64,000 nt of DNA. It comes from the human T2T-CHM13v2.0 reference genome, Homo sapiens. The stretch lies in the NCBI RefSeq assembly GCF_009914755.1, contig NC_060939.1. One strand, written 5' to 3'. This document shows, in pieces, positions 15,861 through 32,529 of the stretch. The notes beneath the pieces are model-generated. The model was not told the origin of the DNA, did no database searches, and saw only the letters and a program-made list of their open reading frames with translations. Numbering within the stretch: the stretch's first letter is position 1; each line of letters begins with the position of its first letter. The position numbers were made by a program, and so were the translations under genes.

Positions 15861-18009
15861 TCAATTTTATGTTGTATGAATTTCACCTCAGTACATTATT
15901 TTTAAAAAGAGAGACTTAAAGAAATTTCCCTGAATACAGAATACGGCACAGAGAGATGGAGATTAAAAAAAAAGTCTCAAAGGAAAGTCAAGAGCCATCA
16001 AGTATGTATAGGGTATATCTAACAGGAGTTCTAAAACCAAAAAACAGAGAACAGGATGAGAGTCTTCAGATGGAAAAACCTCACTGAGTCTGGACCAAGA
16101 TAATAAAATAATCCACCCCTTGTGACAGTGTTGAAATGCTGGAAATCTGTGGGCACCTGCATCTCCTGAGGCTCGATTCTGACCCACTAGACACTATAGA
16201 ATGGGAGGTGTGAGCCACAACTGTGCTTCTTGCTCTTGAACAAAGGTTGGAAACAAAGCAGCTGCCTGTGTCCTGGTGCTGAGGCAGGTACAGAGAAAAT
16301 CAGAGAGAAAAGCCAGATCTAGAGAAGAACATGAATCAGACCAACGAGACGCTTCGCATCAGCAACAGCAGTTGCTGGGACACAATGAAGTCCTTCAGAG
16401 TGCTAAGGAGCCTCAGTGTGAGCCTACACGTCTTTATCTAGTTAAATAAACCATTATCAGCGAACCAAAAAAAGCCTCTGTTGGACAGACTTTAAAACAT
16501 ATTACCTCTCATGGACACTCAACAAAAGAACTAGAAATATCCTTTCAAAAAAGAGTCCCCGGAAGGAAAAGGCAGACAGTAGAAGTGAGAGCAGCCAGCG
16601 GGGCACAGAGGCATTATCAGCACTAGAGTAATAACTCTGGTGGGTGACAGCAAGTCTAAGGAGCGTCTCGAAGTGGGAGCCCAGTTAGAGGTTGGGCAAC
16701 AAGGGGCAGAAAAGGAGACAAGGTCCAGGAATTGGGGCGGGGGGGGGTAGGCAGAGTGGCAGACAAGGGCGAATGGATGGAATTTAGACGAGAAACGGCA
16801 GTTAAGGAGGAGTGGGGAGGAAGCTCAGTCCTGTGGACTTGGTCATCTGAGGGGGTTCTTCTGGGTCAGAGGGTTTGTGCTATAATTTTGTGGGCACAAC
16901 AGTCCCAGAGACTCAATTCTGATTCACCAGCCACTGGGCCTAGGATAGAAAGGCTCATTCCAGATCATTCACCAGCAAACAATGTCAACACGATACCAGT
17001 AGGGCTGAGTCAGTATGGGCTCAGGGCCTGGGCAGGAGGAAGGGAGGGAAAGTGGTTGCCACTCAAAACAGCCTGACTGGTCAAAAGCCACCCACCCAGG
17101 GTGAGGGTAGGTGTAGCTATGTAGGGGGAGCATGAGGGAGCCTGTGGTGATGGAACAATTCTGTATCTTGATTACATAAAGCTACATATGTAATACACTT
17201 TTATAGCACTAAAGACACACAAACTCCCATGAATATACAGAGCAGAAGAAAGGGAGCCTGCATCTTTGATGGTGTCCCTGAGCCATGGTACCAGCCCTAC
17301 TTGCTTAAACAATTACTATTCTGGCATTATGGTTCTTGCGGCTGAAAACACTCATAATCTATCAACTGATACAGGGTTGTTGTGAAGACTGAAGAAGATA
17401 TTATATGAAAGTCATATGGTAAAGCACCTGGCATATCCTAGATTTGTCTGGCTCCAAAGCCTGCCCTTTGCCATGTTTGCAGACTGCCATGAAGACTGAG
17501 TTTATCCAAACATAAATTGCACAATGGTACTAGCTAAGTCAAGTGCATTTATTATAACTGGTGAAACCTGAACAAGTGCTATGGGTGTATCAATGTCAAT
17601 GTACTGTAAGAGATGTTAACATTGGGGAAGGAGGGGTGAATGGCACATAGGACCTCCTTGTACATATTTTTTGGTAACTTCCTATGGAAAAAAACTATTG
17701 TAATTTTTTTAACAAATTCTTTTTAAGACACCCGGCCACAAGTTATAATTCTCTTTTGTCTGGAGGTAAAATTCTCAACATTCATAAGAAACACAAACTG
17801 TTTTCAGAATTGGTTATTCTGCTTTGCTGGTGGGAGGACAGGGTGAGAGGGGTGGTGTCTGTTTCCTCATATGCGAGGAAACAGGCAGAGAGACTGCAAT
17901 GAGCGAGAAGAACCAAGTGAGTCTGTGTGGAATCAAACCCAGAGAGTGAGGAGTCGGGGGTTGGCACTTCACTGAATCAGGAGCAGGCACTGAGGCCAGA
18001 GTGAACGTG

Positions 18010-18200
18010 GTGTGAGGGTCAACTGCACTGGCTCTGGAGCCAGGCAGTCTCCCTTCAATGCCAGTTCCCTACTTGCTTAGCTGTGCGATCTTGGGCAGCT
18101 TATTTCGAACCATTTATACCTGGGTTCTTCTATTTGTAAGGATGGAATGTTAAAAGTCCCAATATCATATGACTGTATGAAGACATCTTCACTACTCCTG
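18010..18200 (+). mobile_element. MIR fragment
   Basis: ggctctggagccag...ttagctgtgcgatcttgggcag...tatttgtaaggatggaat core. Confidence 0.6.
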
Positions 18201-19449
18201 CATCTGTGTGGACAGCCTGAAGCCACTTGCCTCAACATACCCAACAAACTCTGAGAACAGGGGAGATGGAGTAACACTCGAGTGCTCGAGGCTGGTTTTG
18301 AATTTCCTTAGTGGAGCAAAGACAAGGCTACCCTTTTATGGTTGTCCAGCTTGTGCTCTACAGAAAGGACCCTCCAGGCCACAGAGAGGGGCTTGATATC
18401 AAACTGAAGAAAAAGGTGCTTTTTTTTTTTTCCCTCACTGCCTCACCCAGAATTCATCGGCCTAGAGTGAGAATGTATTTTTGCAATTCAACAGCCTGAA
18501 GGGGATGCCATTTTCTAATCATAAGAAGGCACCCAAGTGCAAACTGTTACCCTAGGCATTAAGGGAAAAGAAAGCCTAGAAGGAAAAAGCTCTGGGTGCT
18601 CCATTTCAATTTTCTGCCCAGTTTTCACGATGATTACTGCTGGCAGGTGGAAAATACCATGTCCAAAATAAGCTTGTTTGGTGCTATTGTAATCACTTCA
18701 CCCGGTATGAACTTTAGCCCACCCCTCAGGGTAATCTCAGTAATAAGCGATGAATCTTGAGGTTATGCTGACATACATGTACAACAGCACTGGTTGGTAA
18801 TATTTTTTCTTTCTGTGTCTGTTATTAGCTCCTTTTCTTCCTTTTTCATAGAAGGGTAAAACATAGAAAGAGAAATTATGAGATTGCTGACTTCAAAGGT
18901 TTCCTCATGGAAAAATGCCTGTAATTTTATTTTCTCTATTTTTTGAAGCACTTTCTCTCAAAAGCTCTTGATTGTAAATTATATGGTGTGGTAGAATACA
19001 AATGAAAAGAAGTGCCTTGGAGTGAGAAGCCATATCTCAACAACTGTGTTATTTCTAAACCTAACTATGGGGGAAAAACCAAGACAGCCAAAATATATCA
19101 GATCAATGACATTTAATTATAATGTAGTTTTTAAGATTTCAAAGATTTGAAGCTTTTGGGAACAGGACCACGACAGGTGGCAAGGACATGGCAGAAGGAT
19201 GGTACAAAACTGGGGCAAAACTTTTCTTGAGAATATTTTTCTCTCAAGTTATTTATTTAAGAGACTTATTTTTAATAACGAGATGTAGCTAAGCCAGAAA
19301 GTAATATTTTTTAAAAAAAGTATTACATGTATAAGATCAATTTTAAGATTTTTTTTTTAAATTTCTGAAGGATAAAGGAGACGGACAACCATCAAGGCTT
19401 TCAGGTAACAAAAACTGCCTATTTGGTAAAATCTTGCTGTTTTTATACT

Positions 19450-20115
19450 AGTTGTCCCTAAATATCCGTTCTCTACCTTTCTTTGGTAATAGATATTTCA
19501 GGTAGGCATATAGCCACCTAGAGTCCGAAGGTGGGGGCATACTTTTCCTATAAAGAGCCAGACAGTAAATATCTTAGACTTTGCAGGCCATATATTATTT
19601 CTATCATAGCTACTTTACTCTGCTTAAAAGCAGCCATAGAAAATACATACATGATTGGGTACAGCTGTATTCCAACAAATTTTATTTATCAAAACAGACA
19701 ATAGGCCATAGATCTAAAGACTACATTTCCCAGCCTCCTTCTTAGGTGGGGCCTTGTTAGATGTGGTCAGATGACTGGTTTTGGGCATTGGCATGAGGGT
19801 GAAGTGATGTGTGCAAGATTCAGTTTGTGTCCTTAAAGGGAAGGAGTATATCTTATTCTTCCTCATCCCTATTCTTATTGGCCGGAATGCAGATGTGATG
19901 CGGGAGGTAGAACGGCCACTTTGGACAATCAGTGGGAGCTAAGTGTTGAGAAAGGCAGCAAGCCAGAATGGGCCTGGGCTCCTACCACAGTGAGTCACAT
20001 GTCAGCCCTAGTCTGCCTCCTTAGACTCAAAAGAGAAATAATCTCTGCCTTATTTGAGCCACTATATTTTGGGATCCCTTTATTAGAGCAGTCTTACCTG
20101 CTTCCTAACTAATAT
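19450..20115 (+). mobile_element. MLT1 LTR with a MER58A-like insert (~19533-19715)
   Basis: MLT1 motifs gactacatttcccagcctcc and ggaatgcagatgtgatg; MER58 motif gccagacagtaaatatcttagactttgcaggcca. Confidence 0.65.
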
Positions 20116-22456
20116 ATCTGACAACTAAGAAATGAAGGGAACTTTATACATTTTTCTAAAAAAAAAAGCTTTATAAAAATCACTTTTGAGGATAAGACTG
20201 TCAAATGATGAGATTTTAAAACAAAAAATTGAATATACGAATTCAAATGAATCATTCTTCCAATAATGATGCCATTACAACAGCTCTGAATGCCTATTTG
20301 GGATCTGCATTTACAGACAATCCCAGTGATTACTTAACCTACATCCTCTTTGTTCTGATCAAACATACTATAACCCAGTTTTATGCACAAGTGTTAATCA
20401 AGGCCATCTTCATGAGATGGATGACTTCTCATCTCTAAGATATTCAGAAGCATGACTTGTGAATTCTGAAGGCAGTTTGCAGCAACAGTAACGCCAATGA
20501 AGAAAGCATTCTTCGTCTCAAGGTCATTAGGTTGAAGTGGACTGAATCTCTCTGGTTCTAAATATCATTTAGCTGTATTGCTCTGTAATCACACATCTGG
20601 TCACTAAAACCTGTGGTAGAGGATGCTGTAATGATTTTTTCATTAGAACCATCAGTAATACATTTGCACTACAGACATAGTTCTATTTTTCAGGCACTGC
20701 CTTTTAAAACCCATCCCTTATATTTCTTACTTGGTTTGTGTTCTTATGTAAAAGTTGAATGCCAAAAACCAAAACCAAAACTAAAAAGCTAGAATTTTGG
20801 ATAAATGAGAAATTACTACCCACAAGCACAGGAATTAAAAAATAAATGTTTGGGGGGTACTGTTTTCTACATAATGAAATTCAGCAATATCGCATCAGAT
20901 ATAAGCCAGCAAAGCCATCAAAACACCATTAAGTTTTCAGAGAAATATGCAAAAGTCAAGAAAAGATTCATAGTAAATTACTGTTAAAACCTAGAGTTTG
21001 TACTGACCAAAAAAACGTAACCTAAATCATAGCATTAACCTTGGTTCTGTCAAGCATTAAGAATGTGATTTTTTTTTTTTTTTAAAGGAAAAGCAGACAC
21101 AATGGTGTGCTCTGGGCTAGCAACTTCACTTGCATCAATTTAGATGATATGAACTTGCTGAATTAAAATCAAATTTGCCCTGTCCAAAGTCAATTTTTCT
21201 GAAGTGCCACCCTTCTTTACTTCACTGATTCACTTGATTATAAATTTCATTTTAAAAAGAAAATTCTCCCTCAATTATTCTCATTTTCCATTCTCTTCTA
21301 AATTTAAACTCTTCTTAAAGTGTTCTGGAAAAATGGACCCATTAGGCTAAAGAAAGTGAGAAAGATAACAGCTTAGCATTGAAGCTAAATCATGAGTTCT
21401 GCTGAAATAGAGTTTAAGAAAAAAAAACCATGGATTATCTGTGTGAAGCCCTGTGCAATGAATGCCACACCGCTGAGAGCAAGCCAAAATGAATGTGGTG
21501 TAGACTCAGAGAACGAACCACAAGGAAACAATCTTCGCATCAGCAAGGGCTGGTCAGCCACAATGTCAGGAACTAGGTTAGATATTTGACCTAGGGGTGA
21601 AGAAAACTCAGGGAGGGTCCATGATTTGTCCAAATAAATAGAAGAATATTTGAAACCAGGACTCTCTGACTCCAAAGTCAATGGTTCTTCCATTACCTTA
21701 CAAGCCTCCATGGTAAAAGGGAATAATGTGAAGTTATTTCAATTCCCTGTAAACAATAACAACAAAAACTGCTTTCTTAAAACAATCTTTCTACTTATAT
21801 CCTTGAGTTTACAATTTGATTCCTGACCTTAGGCTTTTTCTTGAAAAGTAAATTGTTTTTTGCACATGCCCTGCAGTTTGTTTTTACCAGCCTTTTCTCA
21901 TGCGGCACCTTCTGATTGAGTGTCCTTCTTCTTAGCTGGTTAATGTCTACTTTTCCTTTACAGATATGTTCAGGACAGCTGGTCTGACCTTATCTTTGCC
22001 ACTTGTTATTCTTTTTTCTCTAACTTAACAATGTGTTCACAATCTTTCCTTCTCTCCTCCCTCAGCAATGTGGATCTGTTAAGTTTTCCTTTCTGATTAC
22101 AGATAAGGTTTGCCTTTTCACCTACCTTTACCTACACTGACAATGAAGGGTTCTGAGTAGCCATTTCGTTCCATTCTCATTCCACAACACCTGAAAGCCA
22201 CAGAAACCTTGAATCTCCATAATGGGGACTGAAGAATATACAGTACATAATAATTTAAAGCTACCCCTTGCAAGAAGTGTAACTGTTCCCCTCTAATTAC
22301 TGGAGATATTTTTTTTTCCCCTAGAAGAAAATATTCTTAAAATTTCACATTCAAAAGGTCTGTGATTTTCTTTTAAAAATCTAAAATATATATTTGGATG
22401 AAAAAAGGATTAAATTTTCAGCATCTTAAATTTTATATTGAATAAAAAGGACAAAT

Positions 22457-22478
22457 GAGAGAGAGAGAGAGAGAGAGA

Positions 22479-22520
<42 letters not shown>
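22457..22520. repeat. Compound (GA)n(GT)n microsatellite
   Basis: Directly visible, ~200 nt into the intron after exon 19. Confidence 0.96.
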
Positions 22521-22522
<2 letters not shown>

Positions 22523-22646
22523 ATTATAAACCACAGATGATCTCAGGCTCATTCAATCTGGATGAAAAAGCCATTTGCTTTCTCCTGTCCATTTGACTGA
22601 GTTGAGCCATAGGAAGGCCAAATGGCATGATCTGTGTTGTTTGCTA

Positions 22647-22922
<276 letters not shown>

Positions 22923-25446
22923 TTAAAATCATGGATCAGTCATATGGCTTGAGCCACACCAAGACATGATTACCCATATACTCTGTAACAATCCATAAAT
23001 GATTAAATTTGTTCTCAATAATGTTGATTTACAAAAGCAAGGAACACTTTTTAAGTGTTTATTTAAAAAGCATGAGATTTATAGAAAAATTGGAAACAAA
23101 AAATAACAAAAAGTTAAATCACCCCAAACTACACTGCTCATAGACAAACTCCACAAAACAGCATGAGAAGAAGATTTGTAAAAGGACCTTTCAATGCAGT
23201 TTCACCTATAAGCTATCTTTGGGTCTGAAATCCAATGAGATGAGTGACTGGGCTTCATAAATATTAAAATATTTGAATAATTTTGAGACCTTATTGACAT
23301 GGCAATGATAATTAAGATGGCATAGGCTATTTGGGCTTAGTAGGCAAGCAACTGGCATTTTTATACCAAAAATTAAAACCACACACATATATATTTGTTC
23401 ATAGTTTTCTTAAACTGGTAATATTTAAGTGGTATGAGTATTAAGTGTTTTATTCCCCTGAAAACTGATAGGTTTGGAATCTTTAAGGTCTGGTAACAAT
23501 TTCTAGTGCCACAGCACAAGAATTCCACTAGCAAATTCTCTTGGATGACTCTTTCAATTCATCTTTAGGCACAATTCTGCCTCACACTCAGGAGGGAAAC
23601 ATCTTCCCCTCTGACTGGTGTTCTGTATGAGTGTCTCTGGGTATGCAATGTATCCTTTCAACTAGTAAGGAGAACAGACCCTGCAAAGAATAGAGATACA
23701 TTGAAAATCACAGACAATCATGAAGGACTTGCTGTAACCAGCAGATACTCTCTTTAAAGCCTTCTCTTTCACCTGCTGCCTAAAAAATAATTTTAGTTAC
23801 ATAAGTGATCTATTGCATATATTATCCTTAAACATTTACAACACTGCTGCTAAGCAGGGCTAAAGTATCCTTTGACCACCATTGAGTCCTGGACCCTTCT
23901 CTCCTAACTGCCAAGGTGATGAGTCTGGAGTGTCTGCTACCCACTTACCTTTATTTATTTATTTTTTAAACTAGAAACTGACGACACAAAGCCAAAATGT
24001 CTGACTTCCAAACTTTTCTCTCTGATTCAGATTTCCCCCTAGTGGCGGTTATTAGGAACGGAAATAGGAAACAAATGGCAGAAAATCTATTGTGTCACAA
24101 CGCCTCAAGGAAAAAACCTAAACTAAAATCTCTGATGAGCCTTCACCATGTTTAGGTTTAGCTTAAAAACAAATTAACACTCCATTCGTAATGAAAGGCA
24201 CCCCCTTTCCTCTTGTCTACTTCCCCAGCTAGCTACTACATTCTCTCCTTCCTTGCTTCCTCACATCTTAAACAGGTAGCTTCTCATTTCTTCACTATGT
24301 GCTCTTTCTTTAACATCTAGCTCTCCTGGTTGCTTCAGGAAACTGCTTCCTTGAAATTTCACAATAATTTTCATGTTCCTAACCTAAATGCTTTTTTCCC
24401 CCAATTTTCATTCTCTGTGATTTCTCTGTGGTATTTGAAGCTACTGATTAATGTCTACTCTGCCTACTGTCTCCAATCTTAGTATTATTCTCCTTACACT
24501 CCTGGCCTTCTGACCATCATTCTCTTTATTTCAGTATCTCCTGAACTTCTTCTTATGAGTATTCTTTGAGGCTTCATACTCTTTGAACAAACTCTCCACT
24601 CAGCGAGACAACTAATTTATAATTTGTGTGGTTTAAATTAACTAATTTTATGCTTGGGACTCCTAAGGCCATCTCTAAGCCAGGCCTCTCCTTGGATCTC
24701 CAATACCACTTTACAATGGATGCCAGGGCATCTCTGCTGTGGAAGCCAACTTCCTTTCAAATTTAACATGTCTAAGAATATATTATCTACTTCAAAAGGC
24801 AATTCCATTCTCCCCATTCCAACTATTTCCCCCGTCATTCATACCAGAAACCTCATAGTTACAGAATCACACAACAGTGGGGTAAAAGGAAACTTGAGGG
24901 TCAAGAAGTTCTACTAAAGTAGCTGTTTAAGCTCTCCTTGTATACTCTAAAACTCATTTTCTCCCAGGGTAGCCCATTCCATCTTTGGATAACTGTAACA
25001 GCTGACAATTCTTGAGTCCCAAATATGTTCCCCTGAAGTTTCTGACCATCAGTCCTAGTTTTTATCACATGGGACAAGTTTAATCCCTCTCCCACAAATT
25101 ACCCTGTAAGCTACTCAAAGACAGCTGTCTCATGTTCACTTTTCCAGGCCAATCTTGCTGTGACTAGACCTGTATTTCCTGTTTTATCGTGGCCACTCTC
25201 CTACTTGAACTACTATGATTTATTTACATCCCTCTTGGTATTTGGTACCCGGAAATGAAAAACAATACTTCAAGTATAGTCTGAAAAGGTCCCAAAACAG
25301 CAGAATGATTATTATTTTCATTAGTGATCCCTTTTAGTTATATATTATTTGTCTGAGATATATAGAAAAGAAATCTTACCATAACACCTAACATGTGTGA
25401 ACTAGTAATCTTTACTCCCCTATCTCATTCGCAGAAATGTTTTAAG

Positions 25447-25926
<480 letters not shown>

Positions 25927-26284
25927 TCAATAATTGTAATTGAAACTGAATATAGTTAACATGTAATTTTGATCCATTCAATTTTAATTCCATGAAAACT
26001 ATATGTTGATACTGGGGCATAGTTATGGATCACCAAGCATAGGAAAATACTATTATAAAACCTTCCAAACACACTTGGTTCTCATGATAGGTGTGTTCAA
26101 TGCTTGGATGCATTCAAAGACCCTAAATGTGCCATTGTCATCACTGAGAAATTAACACAGCCATATCAATAAGAATTTCTGATCATGTGGCTCTTGACTG
26201 CAAATACTTTCATACCCTTTCCACTGGATATCTGTTCCATCATGATCACTTGTTTGTTCAGTCACTTAAATAAAGATCAGAGTT

Positions 26285-26547
26285 GGTTGAGTACAGCGGC
26301 TCATCACTGTAATACTAGCACTTTGGGAGGCAGAGGTGGGAGGAACGCTTGAGACCAGCCTAGGTAACAAAACAAGACCCTGTCTCTAAAAAAATTTAAA
26401 AATTAGCCAGGTGTAGTGGTGTGCAACTGCAGTCCTAGCTACTTGGGGGACTAAGGCAGGAGGATCATCTGAGCTCAGGAGTTGGAGGCTGCAGTGGACT
26501 ATGATTGTGCCACTGTACTCCAGCCTGGGTGACTGGGCAGGACCCTG
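26285..26547 (+). mobile_element. Alu (AluJ, diverged)
   Basis: Dimer with an internal deletion. Confidence 0.85.
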
Positions 26548-27930
26548 TGGGAGGGAGGGATGGAGGCAGGAAGGAATTGACAGAAGGAGGTACCAGAGTA
26601 CCCTACTGTATGAAAGGAACCAGGGAAGAGGAATTCATCAAGGAAAAAACCAGCAACAAAAAGATTAATCAATTAAAACAGTATTGATCAGTGCTCAACT
26701 GTTAATGACTACACTATAAATATCTCAGCCTGTATTCAAGGCAGTAACCCACCCCTTCAGCTTCTCTAACTGCCAGATTCTGGAGTACACAGGGCACAGC
26801 CTCTCCAAGCCAAGGTATATCACTCACTGTCCACAGGCAAAACCATTTGAGGTTTTGCCAACTCTAAGCTCACAGTTTCTTTAACCTAGAATACTCTTAG
26901 TCCAACCCTATATTCAAATCCTTTTCATCATTCAAGGCCCATTCAAAAATTACTTGTTCCATGAAGTCTTCTCTAATACCCAAGCTCAAAAAAGTCTCTT
27001 TACCATTTGGGTGAACATTATCTGTTCTTTTATGGCCCTATGGATTCTCATATATACATTTTCTTCTTCCATAATATTAAGATTAACCTGTACATTCTAC
27101 AGTCTTGAAAGCTAGAAGTTTGGTGATTAAAGGTATGTTGTTTTTTTCAGAATTTAGGAAAGGGAATAGTTGTCCACAGCAATGTTTTCTTTAACAGTAA
27201 ACAATCAGGAAACAATGCAAATTTCCAATTTCAGAATAATAAGTAAACTGTATCATATCCTATTGATAAGATTACACGCAGAGGTTAAAATGAAAATTAT
27301 GAATTCTAAGTAGCCAAATGAAAGCATGCCTATAAAATAAATAATAAACCTAAAAAGCAAAATATTACATTATTTCTATCATAAGGTTACAGTTATGCAA
27401 AATGTACTATTATGGACAAGGGTTGTAAAAGAAAATGGGAAATAAAGTTGGATTCCAAGGAGAAAGAGCATTCTTTCACCTTGTGATTTGTTATTGTTGG
27501 TAACACTTATGCACTAACTTTAATTAAAAACACACATACAAATAAATTGGTAGGTACTTATTCTTATACACCAGGTCACACTAACCTCTTCCTTTTGTCA
27601 CAGAGCTATAAGACTGCTGAATCAGGCCAACGTGGTTGACAGGATACAGATGGGCTTCAATCAAATAGGAGATAAAGCATGCTGCAGACACAGTGGGGAA
27701 CGTAGGCTGGTTGCTACTATATAGATAGATCAGCTACAAGTTTATAGATAATTGATGTTAACAGGTCAAACCCACTGTGGAAAGTTGTCCTTAGTGAGTC
27801 TGCTAGCACCTCTTACTATTATAATCAGTGACTTAAAAAAGAAGGCACAATGATCAAATCCAAAGTTGACATGAAGTTGGCTGGAAACAAACACTGTGAC
27901 ACAGTCAAGATAACTGGGCAAGGACCCCAG

Positions 27931-28057
27931 TTTTTTTTATTTTTTAGATAGAGGGTCTTGTTATGTTCCCACAGCTAGATTTGAATTCCTGGGCTCAAGC
28001 GATCTCCTGCCTCAGCCATGCAGCTGGGACTATAGGCATACGCTCGCACGCCTGGCT
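27931..28057 (-). mobile_element. FLAM-like Alu monomer
   Basis: T-run followed by gggtcttgttatgttcc...ctcaagcgatc...cctggct. Confidence 0.75.
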
Positions 28058-28119
28058 AGGACTTGAAATGCAAATTGTGTTAAACCAACCAAGTGTCCAG
28101 GATTTGAGAGGTCAAGCTG

Positions 28120-28336
28120 TTGGAGACCAACCTGGGCAACATGGTGAGACTCCGTCTCCACAAACATTAAAAAGTTAGCAGGGAATGGTGGCATGCCTGT
28201 GCTTCCTGGAGGCTGAGGTGGGAGAAGCGCTTTGAGCCTAGGAGGTTGAGGCTGTGGCAGTGAGTCATGTTTGCGCCACTGTACTCCAGCCTGGGTGACA
28301 GAGTGAGACCCTGTCTCCAAAACAAAAAAAAAAAAA
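28120..28336 (+). mobile_element. Alu (AluJ, 5' truncated)
   Basis: gagaccaacctgggcaacatgg...gagaccctgtctc plus A tail. Confidence 0.85.
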
Positions 28337-28776
28337 GGAAGGTCATGCTGAACAGCAGTTCCTATAAAACCAACTAGAAATGAGTTTACTTTAGGCTTAA
28401 TAGTAGTCTTCAATGTGCTATGGTACAAAGAAAGCCAACTTAATACTAAGTTGCTGAATACAAAATTATTCCATCAATCAAAGCCCATTTCAAAGTACCA
28501 TGACTTTCAAGAGACCTACTGTTTCAAATTTTGCTAATCCCAATTTCTCATAAAGCTTCCCTAGAAAACCATGTTTGTGCACTAAATAATATTGTATTTT
28601 ACTTTCTAATTACTTTATATAATTAAGCTTTGTCACCTTAAGTTATGTCTCAAAGCAGGAATCACGTTTAACACAGTATTGGCACATGCAGCTCATTAAA
28701 TCTTTGTTGAATTGAATTACAAAATGCTGAGGAAATGTAAAAAGAACCCTAAGTATAGAATAAGAAAAGGTTTAAA

Positions 28777-29385
<609 letters not shown>

Positions 29386-29609
29386 GTAAACAGGGACACT
29401 TATAAAGAATGTTTCTGATACGTTAAAGTACATGTGTTCCAACAATATTGGCATTTATTCCTATGTGTAAAAATAAAAGATTAAAACTATCTCATATACT
29501 CCATAAATATACCTACTACATACCTATAAAAATTAAAATTATTTTAAAATAAAAATTTAATAAATAAAAGGAAGAACTACAATAATCACAGCTGTAATTA
29601 AAACTCTTA

Positions 29610-29931
<322 letters not shown>

Positions 29932-31409
29932 AAAACTCTTAACTAGTACTGTCTAACAAAAAGAAATATTTTTAAAATGTGGTTATTACCAAAGATTTTT
30001 TAAAAATGAAGAGCAAAAAAAAAAGATTAACAGATTAGAAGGAAAAAATACAAAAAGAATTCAATGACAAGCAGGTAAAACCTCAGCAATAATCAAGCTC
30101 ATTAGAGGGAAATTTCATGAGTAAAAAATGATAATAAACCACATCTTTAGAAAAGTGGATTTTAAAAGTATAGAAAGACATTTTCCTGAAATTATTTCCC
30201 CAGATAAAATGATTTTGAGATTATTTTCCTACAAAATTTCCCATTTTGACCATATGCAAGTCTATCCATTTATAGGATTTCTTGTTTTAATAATCTATGT
30301 AGAAAAAACTAACTTTTAAAAAAAGACTAAGGAAATTCATTTTGCTAAATAAAAAAGACCTGAAATCAACTTGTGCCGATTCTTGGAGAATCAAAACAAC
30401 AGTCAGCAAAGTCTGAAGTCTTCTCAGAAGATCTCTAAATATCCAGACAGGAAGCAAAAGGCCTTAGGAACACAGAAGTTCTTTTCATTTCTTTCCAATT
30501 GAAGGTGTTGATTTAGAAAGAAAAAGGAAAACACAAGTGAACAGCTGACTGCATTGATAGACCCTGGACACTAGAAATTGGTTATCAATATAAAAGAGTC
30601 CCTCAAAAGCAAAGAGAAAACAGGCTTCAGAGGACATTCTCCAGTCTAAGCAAGAGGACTTCAAATCAATTCGAGAAAAAAAAAAAAAAAAAAGCCAGAC
30701 TGACTCTAAATGTAACTTCTTTTAAGGCAGTGGATGTGGTAGTTGGTTGGTCTCAGGGGCAAAGTATTAAGAAAGTTGACCAGTGACAATGGTAGAGACT
30801 GCATACCAACCCACATACACACAGTTGCCGCACGCAGGGTAAATAAATGGGGCTTCATAGAAGGCAGTGAGGCCCAATACAGTGACATTTGTACCTGGGT
30901 GAGGAAAGTCAAAATGATCCTTTGCTCCAGAGAGAGGTGACAAAGAACCCTGAGGGTTAAAATATATATTTCTTCCTGGAAAGTGGCAGAACTGACTGAT
31001 GGCCAAGTGGGGAGTGCCAGGATAAAAATATAAGGATAGGATGACAAATGATATTTTGAGGTATTATCCTAGGGTGGCCTGGTCACATGCCGTGTCCAGG
31101 TGGTGATTTTCTAATAGAAATGAGAAAATGAACACAGAGGGGTGACTCAACAGGGGTGACTCAACACTATGCTAGGAATTCAGTCTGATAAACACCAACA
31201 GCTGATTCTGGCTTCACGTGTTGTGCTGAAAATTCATCTTCCCAGAAAACAAAGGACAAATGCCACTCCAAATGAATAATGTAGAAGAGATGGCAATCTG
31301 GGGAGAAAACAGGTGCTCCCATTATTTTGGGAGGAAATACATGTTCCCATTATCTTGAGAGCACGGATAGGCACAGACCTATGCGGGCCCTGGACTTCAG
31401 AAAGGATCA

Positions 31410-31760
<351 letters not shown>

Positions 31761-32042
31761 CTAACACACACCATAGGTTCTAGGATAACAGACCCTAAAA
31801 TAAAATTCCTTTGCAGAGTAATGAGAGTCTAAAAGAAATCAATCATGAATGATCTCAATGACAGAAGAAGGAAGAAAGCCCCTCCTCAACCCCTATTTTA
31901 AGAGGACATGCACAGTAGAAGGAAGAAGAGGATACCAACTCAGGTGGATCAGTAGCATGTCCAAGATGCTCAAAATCAAAACAAGCTGAGTGTATGTACC
32001 AAAGTAAAAGAGCTAAAGACAGTGCAAAGAGCTTTTTCCAAT

Positions 32043-32520
<478 letters not shown>

Positions 32521-32529
32521 ACTTTCAAA

